DNA of 64,000 nucleotides from Octopus sinensis (lineage: Eukaryota), in contig NC_043009.1 of NCBI RefSeq assembly GCF_006345805.1, forward strand, positions 38,378,001 to 38,442,000. Direction: 5' to 3'. Shown here one piece after another: positions 41,616-56,414 of the stretch. The translations under genes were made by a program, and so were the position numbers. Numbering within the stretch: position 1 is the stretch's first letter; each line of letters opens with the position of its first letter. The notes under the pieces are model-generated. The model saw only the letters and a program-made list of their open reading frames with translations, did no database searches and was not told the origin of the DNA.

Positions 41616-42767
41616 GGTAGAGACAAATGTCAGTAACGTATTAAGATTGATTGAGTCGATTATGCCTCTCAATCCATTACAATTATTGACCTTGTATTTG
41701 GGTGGCTGTGTGGAAAGAAATCTTTATTGTTAAGATTTTACGATGAATACTGCAAACAGATAAACCGGCCATTTTGCTAACGATATAAAGGTCATCGTGA
41801 CATTTTTTTTTTATATAAGATGTTTCTTGTGACATAATATTTTCTTATTATATATGACTACACAATGATCAGATAATTAAAAAATGTGTGTTGTTCAAAA
41901 GAAATACGTGTGTATGTGTGAGTGTGTGTGTGTATGTGGGCGGTGGATGGGGGTGAGGAGGAAATAGACAGGAATTGAGAGAGAATAAAACAATAAAGAT
42001 AAGAAATAGCAATCGTGGAGGAAATGCAACAAAAAAATACGATAAAAAATATTAACTATAACACAACAAAACTTTCTCCTCTTCAAAAAGAAATGAAAAA
42101 ATATAAAGATCCGAGATAAACATTCATCTCTATTCGTGCATTCTAGAACTATACAAAACGCTATGCAGAATGGAATGTCTGATTTTGTTGTTGTTGCTGC
42201 AGTTGTTGTTCTGTTGCATGTTTGAAGTTATTTTGCTGTGCATTTCTGTTACATTTCCTCACCTCGGTCTATTTAATTTAAAACCAACCAAAATGGAAAT
42301 AATCGGAATATTTTCAAAAGAAATAATTCTAAATGAATACATTAGGCAATATGCCTGCAAGACGTTAGAACTTCATCTGCTAATCTAATTTAAAACCAAA
42401 TCGTAGAATTCTGGAGTTAATAAAGTTATTTTCAGCTTTTTTTCTAATTCCACTCATGATTGAATCCATAACTTTGTCAATTGAAAAGCTTGCAGATATG
42501 ATGAGAAGAATACGGTAGGATTAACTAAAATGGCCTTCATTCAATTCGTTGTTTTGTCTTATATTCTTTTTCCTTATTTCTGTCACCCAATTATAATCTG
42601 AAGAAATTTTAGTCTTTTTTCTCATCAATAATTTTTCATTACATTCTTGTATTGCAAATAATAGGAATGTGTTTGTCTTGGAAACTTAAAGTAACTGATT
42701 ATTAAAGCTTGACGAAATGAATGCAGATTGTTCTTCTTGATCGACGCGTGATTATATAAGATATATG

Positions 42768-42802
<35 letters not shown>

Positions 42803-42851
42803 TATATATATAATATATATATATATATACATACATACATACATATATACA

Positions 42852-42884
<33 letters not shown>

Positions 42885-43048
42885 GTATACAATGTATGTA
42901 TGCAAGCATATATTACACACACAGAAACATATATATATATATATATGGAGAGAGAGAGAGGGGAGGGAGGAAGGAGAGGAAGAGAGAAATAAAATTTGCA
43001 CATATTCCACACGAACATGTAACCGTGCATCCATCCATCCGTCCGTCC

Positions 43049-43092
<44 letters not shown>

Positions 43093-43104
43093 TATGTATA
43101 TGCC

Positions 43105-43174
<70 letters not shown>

Positions 43175-43393
43175 AATATATATATATATATGTATATTTA
43201 TATATATGTACGTATATATATATATATATATATAATGGCATATGTATGTATATGTATGTATGCATGTATGTATTTATACACATGAACACACGTACACACG
43301 TTTATATTCATACAAACGTTTACCATACAAACTTCACATTGTTTCTGTTCTTTTATCTATCTATTTATGCATACATCTATCTAACTATCCATA

Positions 43394-43440
<47 letters not shown>

Positions 43441-43473
43441 TATATGTATATTATATACATACACATACACGCG

Positions 43474-43510
<37 letters not shown>

Positions 43511-46500
43511 TTATATATATATATATATATTATAGAAAATACATTCATAAACTGTTACATAACATATAATACGAATTTTGTAATGGAACGCAACGCTGCC
43601 TGTCGTTTGCCTGAGAACTACTTTACTGCAGCATTTTTCCAATAACAAATGGATCCGATTGTTGTATATAACGTGGTCTATTGAATGCTTTATATGCTAC
43701 CGTCACCGCAGTCGCCGATGCCGCTGCTGTTGCTGCTCCGCTTCCAACTCCCACACACTTGAATTTGATGGAATAGAAGGAGAAACAGAAAATCGCTTCC
43801 CCAACGCAAGTTCCTCTAAATTATTCCTTTCACGAGAATATATTGCATCATGTAAATATTACCATGGGACGCGGTTATCTCTATTTAATCTACGTAGATT
43901 CCGGTGAAATTCTTTGTTCTTTGCTTTAGAACTAAGATGGCAGTTTATCCAAGTGGATAAAAGCTATTTGTTTGTATACCACTGGGTAACGAATGAAAAA
44001 AAGAAAGAAAAGAAATGCAAAACAAAAAAACAAAAAAAAAATGCAAAAACAAAAGCAAAAACAAAGCAAAAGGAATCAAGCTTTTTATGAATGCATGTCG
44101 GTTGAGTATGACGGTTTGAATAGTCACGTGAGAATAAGAGCGAAGGTTTAGTCAGTAGAGGGGAATACAATAACATGTTGAGTGAGCAGAGAGGAAACGG
44201 TTGAAGGAAAACAATAGCTATTCCTCTACGTTTCTATTAGCTTCCCTTCCCTTTCTCTTATCCTCTCGTTACTCACTTATCCTATTCTTCTTATTATTAT
44301 TATTCGCCATTTTCCCTATGATATTCTCCCGTTATTTGCTATTTCTTACTTCTTTCCCCTTTGTTTAACTTCCCAGCTTTTATGTTCTCGTTCCCGTTCT
44401 CGTTTTAGTTTTTGTCTTTTTGCTTTCAACTTCTCTCGTTTTCTTCTTCTGCTTCTTCTTCTTCTTCTTCTTCTTGTTACACTCTCTTTCTTATTACCTT
44501 TTCTCTCTTTCTCCAAGTTCCCTTGAAAGTACGAGGAAATTAAAGCCCGATTAACTGTAAAGAGAAAATTCGAATTAATCATGATAATCTGAACAGTATG
44601 ATTGGTGAGAATTCAATATTTCTTGCAAACGTTAGCCATTTTAAGACGTAACAAAAATATATGAAGCTGTCAAAAAAATAGAGATATAGAAGTAAATGAT
44701 TGCATTGGTGCTGCAACTAATCTAATCGCAGGTAAATATATCTGGTTTAAAATGACACAAAATCATGACCGTTGGACAGGAAAAGCTTAACTATACACCC
44801 GAGTCTTGTTTACCCATTATTTTCTTTCTTCATACATCACTGAATGACTGTACAGAAATAATATGCTTGCTTTCCTGAACAAAACATAAAACTACTGTTT
44901 TATGTTAACGTGTATCTTTGTGTAGCCATTTTCAAACGTAGCTCTTAATGCGTCAATTCGCATTACCATTTCATTTTATTTTCCCGTATTTTATGTTTTT
45001 TTTAAAAGTATAGACTTAAAATAAAAGTAAGATCTGCCATATTGAAGTATATAATTTTTAAGATAAATTGCTACTGTGTAGTGGCAGGTCAATTCTGATC
45101 GATTAGATATATCACATTAAGGTTGCCGGTCAAACGATGAGACGAAACCCACAGATCCGTTGTTTCAGATGTATAATGCCAACACATAGCCAGAACCATT
45201 GCACACACCGACGTTTAATGGTGAATTGTATGGATGACATATTGTTCCCCTTTCAGGCTACTTCTCTATACGCAATGTTGGTGCTGTTTAACTCCAGGTC
45301 AATGCTAATTGAGCAAGTAATATGGTCACAGATGTTCAACCATAACTATCTCGTGTTTTCTACATCGATAAGGTTACTTTATCAAATGAATCCATCATTT
45401 TCCATGTCGTTTAAATTTTAATATTCTTGTTTTATTGTGTAAGTAGTTAATGGATGCGGTTTATTTTCTTCTTTTTGTCGGTCGTCATCTCTTTCATTCT
45501 TTTTTCTCTTTTTCTTTTTCTTCTAACTCTTATTCATTAATGATGACCACTTCCGCTTAGGATCAATATCTCCTTCCGCAAGTTGCACTTCAGCTAATAT
45601 TCGTCCTTTTCTCAAGAGAGGGCTTAATATCGCCCTTCCATTTCCCTTGAGAGGTCGAATGAGCTGGACATACGAAATGTGGCTATCTTGTAGAATTATC
45701 TGCAACTGAATGTTGATCATTTAGCCTCTTCATCGTATACTTCACCAGTGTTTTACCCTTTTTATTCGAGGTATGCTTCTAGGTTTTATTCATAAGTATT
45801 TTAATTTATGTAATTTAATTTTCTTCTTGATATTCTTCTTACGCGTTAATGCTTTCGATTTATCTGCTTTTGAGTTGTATTCCGGTACAAATATGAAAGT
45901 ATGTTCTCCCTCAAAACGTTGGACTATATTTCTTAACGCTGTTTGACACCATCGGAATTAGTGACGCTACTTTAAAGTTTTGAAATCACAATGATATTTG
46001 ATTGGCTGCTGGTGAATGTCACGTAATACGTATTTTCCCCTGTTATGTGGTACATGTCTCTGCTCTTTCAATGTCATTGTTCTGTTTGATTTGTTTCAAG
46101 TGTCTAGAATAATGCAGATTCTTCTTTATTGGCCAGTGGCGTAGCATAAATTAGGAGAATTTATACTAGAGTGATACAGTTTTTCCGAATGATTGGAGCG
46201 TCGTTATACAACAGATATAAAGAATAAATATAATTGGAACACATACAGAGATTGCATAATATATGTTCTAAAGTGGTGTTTGTGTTCATGCTTTCTTGTC
46301 GTTGGAAATGTGGACAAATCAAACAAAGCTGGTAATGTGAACCGTGTGTTGTTTGGCCTATGTTGTTGTTGTTGTTGTTGTTGATGTTATCAATTACTCT
46401 GCGCTGTGTCCTACTGTTAGCTTTATGGTTTATGTTGAAGACTAACGTTTATCAGCTGTTTTTCATAATTTCCTGTTATTTGCTTGTCTACTTTCACTAC

Positions 46501-46849
46501 TATGACTTCTAAGTGGTATTTCGGAATAGTTATCGTTATCTCATGGTGAAAGAAAAGAGCACAGAATTGAGAGATGAGGTGTGGGGAGGTGAAAAAAATT
46601 GAAATCTTGGGAAAAAACTTTCTTTCCCAATCGTAAATTCCAAGAAAAGGAAAAAAGCAATGTAAAAAAAAACGTCCAATCCTCTGCCCTTTTCCCTTCC
46701 ATATGACATAGGGATAGCCATTCCAGAACTTTGTCGACTTCTATGCATACCGATAATAAGTATTTTTATTATATTTTTCTTACATTTTACACTAAAATAA
46801 TTTCTAGAAAAAACAAATCTAAGGATTAGCACTCGATTCTTCTTCTTCT

Positions 46850-48435
46850 TCTTCTTCTTCTATTTTCATTAGCATCTTCTTTCAATTCTCTTTCCATCTT
46901 TTGCCGAGTGTCTTCCTGACACCTAGGGCAGAGAAACGAGCTGTATACATTGATAGGCCATCAAAATACACACACCGGGTTGCTCATTTACAAAGTAATG
47001 GGATAGAGGAAAAGGATAAGACAGAGAGAAAAAGGAAAATATAAAAAAATAAAAAAGTAAGCAAATAAAATAATGTGGGGGAAAAGAAAAGAAAATTCAC
47101 AGCGACAATTCTCTTCTCAATACGTGTGATGTATATGTTAAGACAATCTTTTTCACTTCCTGCCAGGGATCATTCTTAAATATTTTTCAGTACCTCCAAC
47201 AATTACTGGTATTGCAACTGTCTTGACATGCTACATCTTTTCGATTTCGATTAGCAAATCTTTATAATTTCTGAGCTTATCAAATTCTTTTGTCGAGATA
47301 TTATGGTCACTGGGTATGCTCATATCAATCAATAAACAGACTTTATTGTTTTGGTCTTTCACAACAATATCTGGTTTATTTGCTTTGCTGGTCCGGTCTG
47401 TACATACTGGAAAGTCCCAAAGAATAGTTACATTTTCTCCTTCTGCCACAGTCTTATACCATTTTATACCATTTGTACCATTTGTCCATTTGTCCATTTG
47501 TCATTTTATAATGCCGACACATTATCCAGTACAGATATTGGCCAACTCTGTCATGTCTTGCTTGTACTCTACAGTTGCTAAAACCTTACATCCAGAAATT
47601 AGGTGGTCTACTGTTTCTATCCCATCGTTGCAGTATCAGCACTCTGGGTCTACACCGTTTTTCATCACATTGGTTTGATAGTTCTGGGTCAATAAACTCT
47701 GATCTTGGGAAACCAAGCTAAAGCCTTCACTCTCTGCTTTTATCCCTGAGCTCCGTAGCCACTGATGTGCGTACTTCTGGTCTATATCAGATTGTTTGCT
47801 TCGGGCCACATATATACCATGAGGAGGAGTTTGTTCCCATCTAATATCCAATTGTTCAAATGCATTTTGCTTTGCTATTGATTTCACCTTCTTTGCAACT
47901 ACAGTTGCTGCACTTTCATCACACTGTTCAACCGGGGTATTATGCATGAACCTTCTTGAAAATGAGAAGTTTCTTTAGCATCCAGGCGTTAGATGTTTCA
48001 AGATGTTTCAAATTGGATCACGCCTCGACTCCTTGAGTCTGGGTAAGTAAAGAGTATCTGCGTCTGCTTTTGGGTGGCGCATCTTATTGCAAGTTAGCAG
48101 CTTACGAATTTTCCCGCCAGTCTGCCTTATTTCGCTCATATTTCAGTTCAGCTCATTGTAAGTTTGTTCCTGCTCGAGTTCTTTTATGACTGTGCCAACA
48201 TCCAACGCCACTGAACGTCAGGTCTTCAATTTCCATTTCTGGAAAGTGGCCTTGGCACATTTATCAAGATCAAATTCCATCACAGTACGTAGTAGTCCTT
48301 CAAGCTCATTATCGTCTTTGCCATAGAGTTTTAAGTCATCCATGTAAAATAGATGACTTACTTTCTTGTCGCCAATTTTATATCCATACCCTGTTCTGTT
48401 AAGTACATTTGTATGGAGTATTATGTAAGGAGTAT
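46850..48435 (-). mobile_element. Degenerate R4/Dong-like LINE
   Basis: SHLFYMDDLKLY, FDLDKCAKATF, SQDQSL, ILWDFPVCTDR, NKPDIVV, LIDMSIP; ends in (GAA)n. Confidence 0.9.
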
Positions 48436-48444
48436 TGTCCACGG

Positions 48445-48506
48445 GCATATGGTGTAGTAGTTAAGAGCACGGGCCCCAAGATTCCGAGTTTGATTCCAAG
48501 CAGTGA

Positions 48507-48572
<66 letters not shown>

Positions 48573-48735
48573 CCTGAGGAATGAGAACCCAGGTTCGAAA
48601 TTTCCCCCAAGACACCTGATGAAGGCTGGAGGGTATATCAGCCGAAATGTTGTATTAATAACAAACAAGATGAAGACAAATATCCATCAAATGTAAATAA
48701 TGTACATAATTCCTCATCTCTTAAATATAGAAATG
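48445..48735 (+). mobile_element. Detached PLE terminal cassette: tRNA-like head + (AAT)n + hammerhead
   Basis: A-box-like TGGTGTAGTAGT (~48450), B-box-like GAGTTTGATTCC (48486-48497), (AAT)n, hammerhead core; homologous to 51825-52088. Confidence 0.75.
48612..48655 (+). ncRNA. Minimal type I hammerhead ribozyme motif (slightly decayed)
   Basis: ACAC-CTGATGA-A-GGCTG..CAGCC-GAAA-TGTT-GTAT; inferred family consensus GAAACGTT-GTGT. Confidence 0.6.
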
Positions 48736-49522
48736 TATAATGTTAATGAATAATTCTTATTTTTGGTATACAACTCTATGTTAAATATTAATCTCGTCTT
48801 TTCTTTCATTTGTGTACGTTGGGAAGTGTGTAATTCATTGATCCCTGATTGTATGTCTTTCTTCGATCTAATTCTTGTATCTGTATTTCTTTATCCAAAC
48901 ATAATATTACGGTTATTAATCAATCCTCTTCTTTTGAAGGCTCAAACCTATCTCATAAATTATTATAGTAAATCCGTCTACTTTATGTCGCTATGTTTCT
49001 AAGTAATTCAACTTTAAGTTGTGTAAATGCATGAGTTCGTACATTTTTGTATCTGAGTCAGCCTGCTGTAACACTTTGCTTAAAGGTCTTAACACCAGAT
49101 AGACAATAAGGAATATTTTTCTTCTTATATAGAATGTAATGATCAGACATATGTGTCTTTACAGCACCTCTTCTGCTCTTGCGAAAATAAATCGCTTTTC
49201 TCCAATGTTTACTTATCATCTGCAATAATATCACAGTAGTGGCTTTGTAATAATAGAAATATGGGTCAAGAATCTGTAATTTCGAGACTTTGTTGTTTCT
49301 ATAATTCTTTGGATTAAGATGATACTCCACTCAATCACCCAGACAACATTCACTGTATCTACTGCATTGCAGGTACTTTAAGTAAAATGTATGCATTCCA
49401 CACTAGTACCATTTTCTATATGTTGTACATATTTGGATGTTCTAGGGTTTTAGCTTTATGTATTTCTACATGCCTTAAAATCCTTTCTGAGGCATTTGTT
49501 CCTCTTAAATCACCATAAACTA

Positions 49523-50097
49523 TTGGGTTGTCCGGAAAGTTCGTGCCGATTTATGGTAGCTTACCTTTCGACTTATTTTAGAACATGTTTGAGTCCATAA
49601 AATAGGATTTGACTACACCTCCATTTAGAACACAGTTTAAGCTATCTTTTCGTGGAAGAAGGTTTCTGTTCCTATAGCCTGTGTTAATTCTGTAACCCTT
49701 TAAAATGGAAGATAAGAAAGTTCATTTTCGGCACTTGATGCTTTTATTTTTCCGTAAAGGAAAGAAATGCCTCACAAGCAACCAAAGAAATATGCGCAGT
49801 TTACGGTGATGTTTCTTTATCCGAAAGAACTGTACGGAAGTGTTTCGCAAGTTTCCGAACTGGAGATTGTAACCTTATTGATAAAGAGCGGTCAAGAAGA
49901 CCATCCACTACAGATGATGCCCAAATCAAGTCATTAATTGAGAATAACCCACATTGCACAACCCGAGAATTGTCAGAAAGCCTCAACCTATCAAAATCCG
50001 TCGTTCATGAGTACCTGGTAAAGCTTGGGTAATGGTAAGTATTTATTGACCTTTTTCTTTCCTTTAAAAATCGGCACGAACTTTCCGGACAACCCAA
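49523..50097 (+). mobile_element. mariner internal-deletion derivative with both TIRs and TA TSD
   Basis: 30-bp TIRs TTGGGTTGTCCGGAAAGTTCGTGCCGATTT; encodes only the N-terminal HTH region (MEDKKVHFRH...ERTVRK...ERSRRP...KLG); inserted in an old Dong-like RLE fragment (49370-50290, minus; NRPDIVLKD, KYKDFKVEI). Confidence 0.92.
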
Positions 50098-50563
50098 TAG
50101 TTATCTCTACTTTAAAATCTTTATATTTGGCTAATTTGTCCATTTCTTTTAGGAATATATCATCGACTGTTGATTGAGACCGATACCTCGAAAAAAGGGA
50201 TGCTGCATTTCCTGGTGATCTTTGAGAACAATATCTGGCCGATTGTCCTTCATATTCGAGTTTGAGCGAATTGGGATACCTAAGTGTATAATAATTTTGC
50301 CTTTATCTTTGAAAGTTTTTCTAGTGTACGCTTATACTACTTCTTTTCTACTGACACTTTATAATTCCGATTCCACTTGCAGTGGGTGAAAGCCACCACG
50401 CTGTTATAGATATTTTCTTTCTTGGCTAAGATTGAGGGAACTAGAAGTAATAGGATTTAGAATTTTAGCAAAACCTTACATATTCTGCAGTTACTCATTG
50501 TATTCTGCTTTATTACATGCTTTTGTCTCAGTTTCTGGTGGGAGGGTTCGAAACCCTTGTACA

Positions 50564-50600
<37 letters not shown>

Positions 50601-50602
50601 AT

Positions 50603-50874
<272 letters not shown>

Positions 50875-51214
50875 TCTTTACAGCGCCACTAAATAATCCC
50901 TTTCAACGGCCTCAATTTCTAACTTCGCCAACCGTTGTTGTCCATCGCTATATATTTTGATATTGTCTGCATGGTTGAATATTTGCCTTTTCTGAACAGT
51001 CATTAGTTGTTATATTGCTCTTTGTTTTCGTGTATCTTTGCTTCTGGCATCGAAACATTGAACACCTGTACGACAACAACAACCTATGACAACGTCCAAA
51101 TACATTTTTTTAAAAAATTTCTCCATTATGTTTGATGTCATGTTGTGGCTGGACAGTCTTGTCTTTGTACTCTTTTATACTGTACGTATTTTGAAAAAAA
51201 AAAAACGTATAGGG

Positions 51215-51506
51215 ATATGGTTTGGTGGTTAGGATATTCGGCTCACGGTCACAAGGTCGTGAGTTCGATTCCTGGCGGCGCGTGGTGTCCTTGAGCAAGA
51301 TGCTTTATTTCCCGTTGCACCAGCACACTTACCTGGCAAAAAAAAAAATGAGTTGTACCTGTAATTCAAAACGGCCATACTTGTCACTTTCTGTATCACA
51401 TTGAATCTCCTGGAGAACTATGGTAATAGTACGAATGCATGTGGAGGGCAAACTGTTCTGTTGATCGGATAAACTAGAGCCCCCATCGTTGTAACCGATA
51501 GAGTAC
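51215..51506 (+). mobile_element. Diverged SINE related to family A
   Basis: B box GAGTTCGATTCC; TGTCCTTGAGCAAGA core; tail similar to family A. Confidence 0.7.
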
Positions 51507-51821
51507 CAGAGAGATAGAGAGATAGATAGATAGAGAGAGAGAGACAAACAGTTAACTGTCATTCTGCATTTCTGGTTATACCTCAAATAAAATACAAAAA
51601 ATAAAAAAAATTCGGTGTAGGCAATTGAGGCAGTATTATATTAAAATACTGCCATTTATGTATCCTACGTAATATGGCTGTGTGGTCAGAAGCTTGCTTC
51701 CAAAGCACATGGTTCCGGGTTCAGTTCCACTGCGTTGCATCTTGAACAAGTGTCTTCTACTATAGCCTCGGGCCGACCAAAGGTAGACTGAAACTGAAAG
51801 AAGCCCGTCGTATATATGCAT

Positions 51822-51980
51822 AAATTATACATTATTTACATTATTTAAATTTGACGGATATTTGTCCTCATCTTTGTTGTTAGCACAACTTTTCGGCTGC
51901 TGTACTCTCCAGCCTTCATCAGGTGTCCTGGGGAATCTCGAACCTGGGTTCTCATTCATAAGTATTTTTCGATGTTATTA

Positions 51981-52017
<37 letters not shown>

Positions 52018-53133
52018 TGTCACTGCTTGGAATCGAATTCGGAATCTTGGAGTTAGTAGCCCGCGCTCTTAACCACTATGCCATATGCTTGTGGGTAATT
52101 ATGGAGTGAATTTTGGGGCTTATAAATCTGATATTTTCCTATCCTTCCATAATACCGCTTCCCATATGCTACTCATATCTGCCCTAGGTCTATTTAGGAT
52201 GTTATTATGTCCTAGCATATGTGCTACCTCTTTTAGTTTTCGTATTTTCCTGTGGTGCTCTTTGTCTATTATTTAACTTCATCCCACATGATCAGCTATA
52301 CCCGATTTATTAATATATTCTTGTATCACAGCTTTGCAATGTTCCTCTACCCTTATTTTGAGGGGGTAGCATGTTTCCCCTTTGTATAACCTACCACGGC
52401 TGCATGGGATAGAGTACACGCAGTCTTTGGTCATATTGTCTTCTACTGGTGATTTTACTCGAAGGAGTAAAAGTGTTGAATATCTTTTGTATCTTTTCTG
52501 AGAGGCCTTTCACATAGTGTAGACAGACTGTGGTCAGTTTATTGGTTTCATCCCCTCTTTTATTCATAATTGGAGTGGATAATATTTTTTGTGGGGGTAG
52601 ATGTTGCTTAATAGATTGTTATTGAGCTTGATCATTTGTTTGTAGTGTGTATCACGATCACTACTTATATTCTTTATTCGATGTTTTAGGCACTGGGCAA
52701 TCTCTCTCCTTACACTGTATGGATATTAGGAATTGAAGCTGAGGTATCGTCCAGTGAAGGTCGGCTTGCGGTATACGGATGTCCTGAATCCATACTTGGT
52801 GCGTGTTATTAATACATCTAGGAATGCTCGCTGATTGTCTTTTTGCTGTCCCATTGCAAACTGTATGGATGGCTTTATTGAGTTAACATGATCTAACAGT
52901 ACTTGGACAGCTTCCTGGTGGGGCCAGAGTGTAAAGATGTCATCAACGTATCGCAGCCATAGGGTTGCTTTTGATGGTGCTGATCCTAAAGCGAAATTCT
53001 CAAAGTATTCCATGTATATATTGGCTATTATCGGTGATAATGGCGAACCCATAGCTAAACCCTCTTCTTGCCGATATATATCAGTATCCATTCTGAAGTA
53101 GGTAGTTTCTACACAAAAGATCGACCTGTCCAA
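51822..53133 (-). mobile_element. Penelope-like element (RT + GIY-YIG + terminal repeat), 5'-truncated
   Basis: QEEGLAMGSPLSP, WLRYVDDIF, FLDVLI, VYRKPT; VYSIPC..G..YKGET..PLK.R..EH GIY-YIG; terminal hammerhead. Confidence 0.9.
51884..51926 (-). ncRNA. Minimal hammerhead ribozyme motif in the PLE terminus
   Basis: ACAC-CTGATGA-A-GGCTG..CAGCC-GAAAAGTT-GTG. Confidence 0.55.
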
Positions 53134-53291
53134 ATACTGTTAGATCATGCAAATTCAATAAAGCCATCCATACAGTTCAGAAGGGAAAAGGAAAAAAACA
53201 ATCAGCTAGCATTCCCGGACGCATTAATAACACGCACCCAGTATGGATCCTCGACATCCGTATACCGCAAACCAACCTTCACTGGACGATA
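53128..53291 (+). mobile_element. Inverted partial copy of the PLE RT
   Basis: VQILLDHANSIKPSIQF...VYRKPTFTGRY mirrors ~52745-52910. Confidence 0.85.
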
Positions 53292-53393
53292 CCAAGCTTA
53301 TAAGAAGTGGTGTCAACAGATTCAACTATGAATTCTTCAGGGCAGTGCTCCAGCAGTCAAGTGACTAAAGCAAGTGAAATATAAAAGGTATAA

Positions 53394-53452
<59 letters not shown>

Positions 53453-53460
<8 letters not shown>

Positions 53461-53784
53461 TTAGAGATAAAACCACTATTAGGCAAATCATACAATGAAA
53501 AACTTAAGCCAATACATAAAATTATTTAATTTATATTATTTAAATATATAACAAAATTATTAAAACCTCGTCAAGTTAAATATTTAAACCACCCAATGAA
53601 TGACTGTAACTCGAAAATTTAAAGAAATTAACAGTCATGAAACGATCGTAGTGTTATATTAATTATTTTTTAAAAAATAATTTTGTTATATATTTAAATA
53701 ATATAAATTAAATAATCTTATGTATTGGCTTAAGTTTTTCATTGTATGATTTGCCTAATCGTGGTTTTATCTCTAATTTAATAT
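53453..53784. repeat. ~108 bp inverted repeat enclosing a hammerhead-like motif (PLE-type terminal structure) in (TA)n
   Basis: 53453-53560 vs 53676-53784 near-perfect reverse complement; spacer has CAC-CCAATGA-ATGACTGT..ACAGTCAT-GAAAC-GATC-GTA-GTG. Confidence 0.85.
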
Positions 53785-55578
53785 AATATAATATTTTACT
53801 ATAAAATTGGATTCAATCCTAAATCTGATTTTTCCCTGTAAGTTTGGATTTATTCCCTAATATTTATTATATATATATATATCATTGATAGATATTTGCT
53901 CTGAGATGACATCCTTTATGGACATGTCATGTTAAAACACAACAAAAATCATAAAGAGAAACGAAAAATCGCCACAGCTGCGGCTAGCGAGAACGCTAGA
54001 TGCACCTCTGCTTCTTGAGCTTTTTCTATGAGGCGTACTATTGCTAGCAGAAGAGTTCGACTACAAAGAGAATCGGTAGAAGAAAATTTAAGAACAACTG
54101 TTAGAAAAGACTGTAGCGTATCTTTCACTCACACAAATTTGAAATGCTAAATTCATTTGTATGAATGATTAGTCTCACTTTCTCACTATAATCACTGGTC
54201 CACCAAGATGTATTCAAGCAAGCTAAACGGACGCTGTAACACGAGCTTATTCCCGCCATCAAATCCACATTGTCTGTACAGCTGCACGAGTGTACCACAT
54301 GTCAGATGTTGAAGTGATCGCAAATCAACGTGAATCGAAGTGTTTTGCTGAAGAACATAACGTGCACCCGTTCGGGAATAGAAACCGCGATCTTTTGATC
54401 GCGAAGGCAACACCCTGACCACTAGGTCAGGGCGTTGCATTATCATATAATTCGCATCTAAACTGATTCGATGCACTCATCTTTTTTTCTTCTTGTCACT
54501 CAGACTTATGTATCATCTTATCCAATATAATACATACTTTGTAATATCTTTCCTACCTTGTAATGAAACTGTGTGGGAAGTCACGACGCTATATATTTTC
54601 TCGTCTATTTGTTATTTGCAAATAATTCCATTCAATCACCAAGCAGGTTTCCCAGTTATTGTGACTTCCAGCGGGGTGTCTTAAAAGTTCAGCGACACCA
54701 CCACATTTCCTTAAACGAAAATGATCTAGTTCTGTGTTATTAATGAGTAAAGTATCATGATACACAATTACTTTATGGTAATAGAATGTACTGAATTTAG
54801 ACTATGAATGAAGAGCAGGGCGTAATAAGAGAATCCCAGTAAGAGATTTTACTAAACTAGATACTGAGATCAAATGACAGCAGATCCGGTGGTTATAAAT
54901 ATTATAGACTCAGTATTACATTTATAAATTTAACCAATCGTTTATAGATTCTTTATATTAAGAACATTAACCTTACTCATGTACATTCTAAATATATTTT
55001 AACTTCTGACTAATATCTTTCTACATTAACTAGTAGTTTTTGACTGAGGAATTAGAAGCAGATTTTATATCGTGTGAGAATTCATTAAAAACTTGAAAAG
55101 GTTGATCAGTGAAATATTAAATATAATGAGACAACGTTTATTATGTATATTTGGAAGTCAGAAACAATTAAGCATATGTGAGGGAATGTTAAAATAAATT
55201 ATAGTTTTCAAAACAAATTCATTCGCACAATGATTTTCCCGAAGAAGAAAGCGAATAAGAAAACAGAGCAAGCAGAACGAATGTGTAAATTATTAAAATA
55301 TCTCATTAAAATCTAATTCTCGCTTTAATGTTATTTCGGTGTAGTTTTTTTTCTGTATTATTTTATTCCAGCTATATTTTTATCACTTAATGGTATTTAC
55401 TTTACTTTTTATTTACGTTGCCATAGATTAAGTGAATCAACATATTCTCATGAATGTTATCTTGGCAATAGCAATTTCCATAAAATCCACGGAATATAAA
55501 TGACATCACAGAAAATTTGTGAAAAGAGCGAAAAAGAAAAATTCAACATTATATATATGTACATGTGTGTGGGTGTGC

Positions 55579-55641
<63 letters not shown>

Positions 55642-55949
55642 TACTACATATACATATATAATATGTATCAAGAGAAAATTTTACATTAGGTGTTTTTTAA
55701 TTCTGTATGTTTTCGTTGCGATAATAACGAATAATTGCAAGAAGGCAATGAAAATATTATTTTTGAAGCTATGTAGTTATTAACATGTCATATTTGCAAG
55801 TGTAATGCTTGTTTCACTAGTTGAGCAGAGATATGCAAGTAATTCTGGTAAACATTTGTGTATCTTATGGTTTATTTGATAACGGCAGCTTTGGTAAAGG
55901 AAGCATGAAATTTAAGCACTTCAAAAGTAACATTAAATACGGGAAACAC

Positions 55950-56380
55950 GAGGCCTGAAATTTTGGGATAGGGGGCCAGTACATTAGATCGATCCCAGTA
56001 CACAACTGGTACTTAATTTATCGACCTCCGAGAGGATGAAAGTCAAAGTCGACCTCGGCGGAATTTGAACTCAGAATGTAAAGACATGTAATACTGCTAA
56101 GCATTTCGTCCGGCGTGGCAACGATTCTGCCAGCACGCCGTTTTCTTCAAGACTAATTATAATAATGGTTTCAAATTTTGGCACAACGTCATCAATTTTA
56201 GGGGAGGGATAAGTCGATTACATGGACTCCAGTGTCCTACTGGTCTTTAATTTATCGACCCCGAAAGGATGAAAGGCAAAATTGACCTCGGCGGAATTTG
56301 AACTCAGAACGTAGCGGCGGGCGAAATACCGCTAAGCGTTTCGTCCAACCTGCTAACGATTCTGCCTGCTCGCTGCCTTC

Positions 56381-56414
<34 letters not shown>

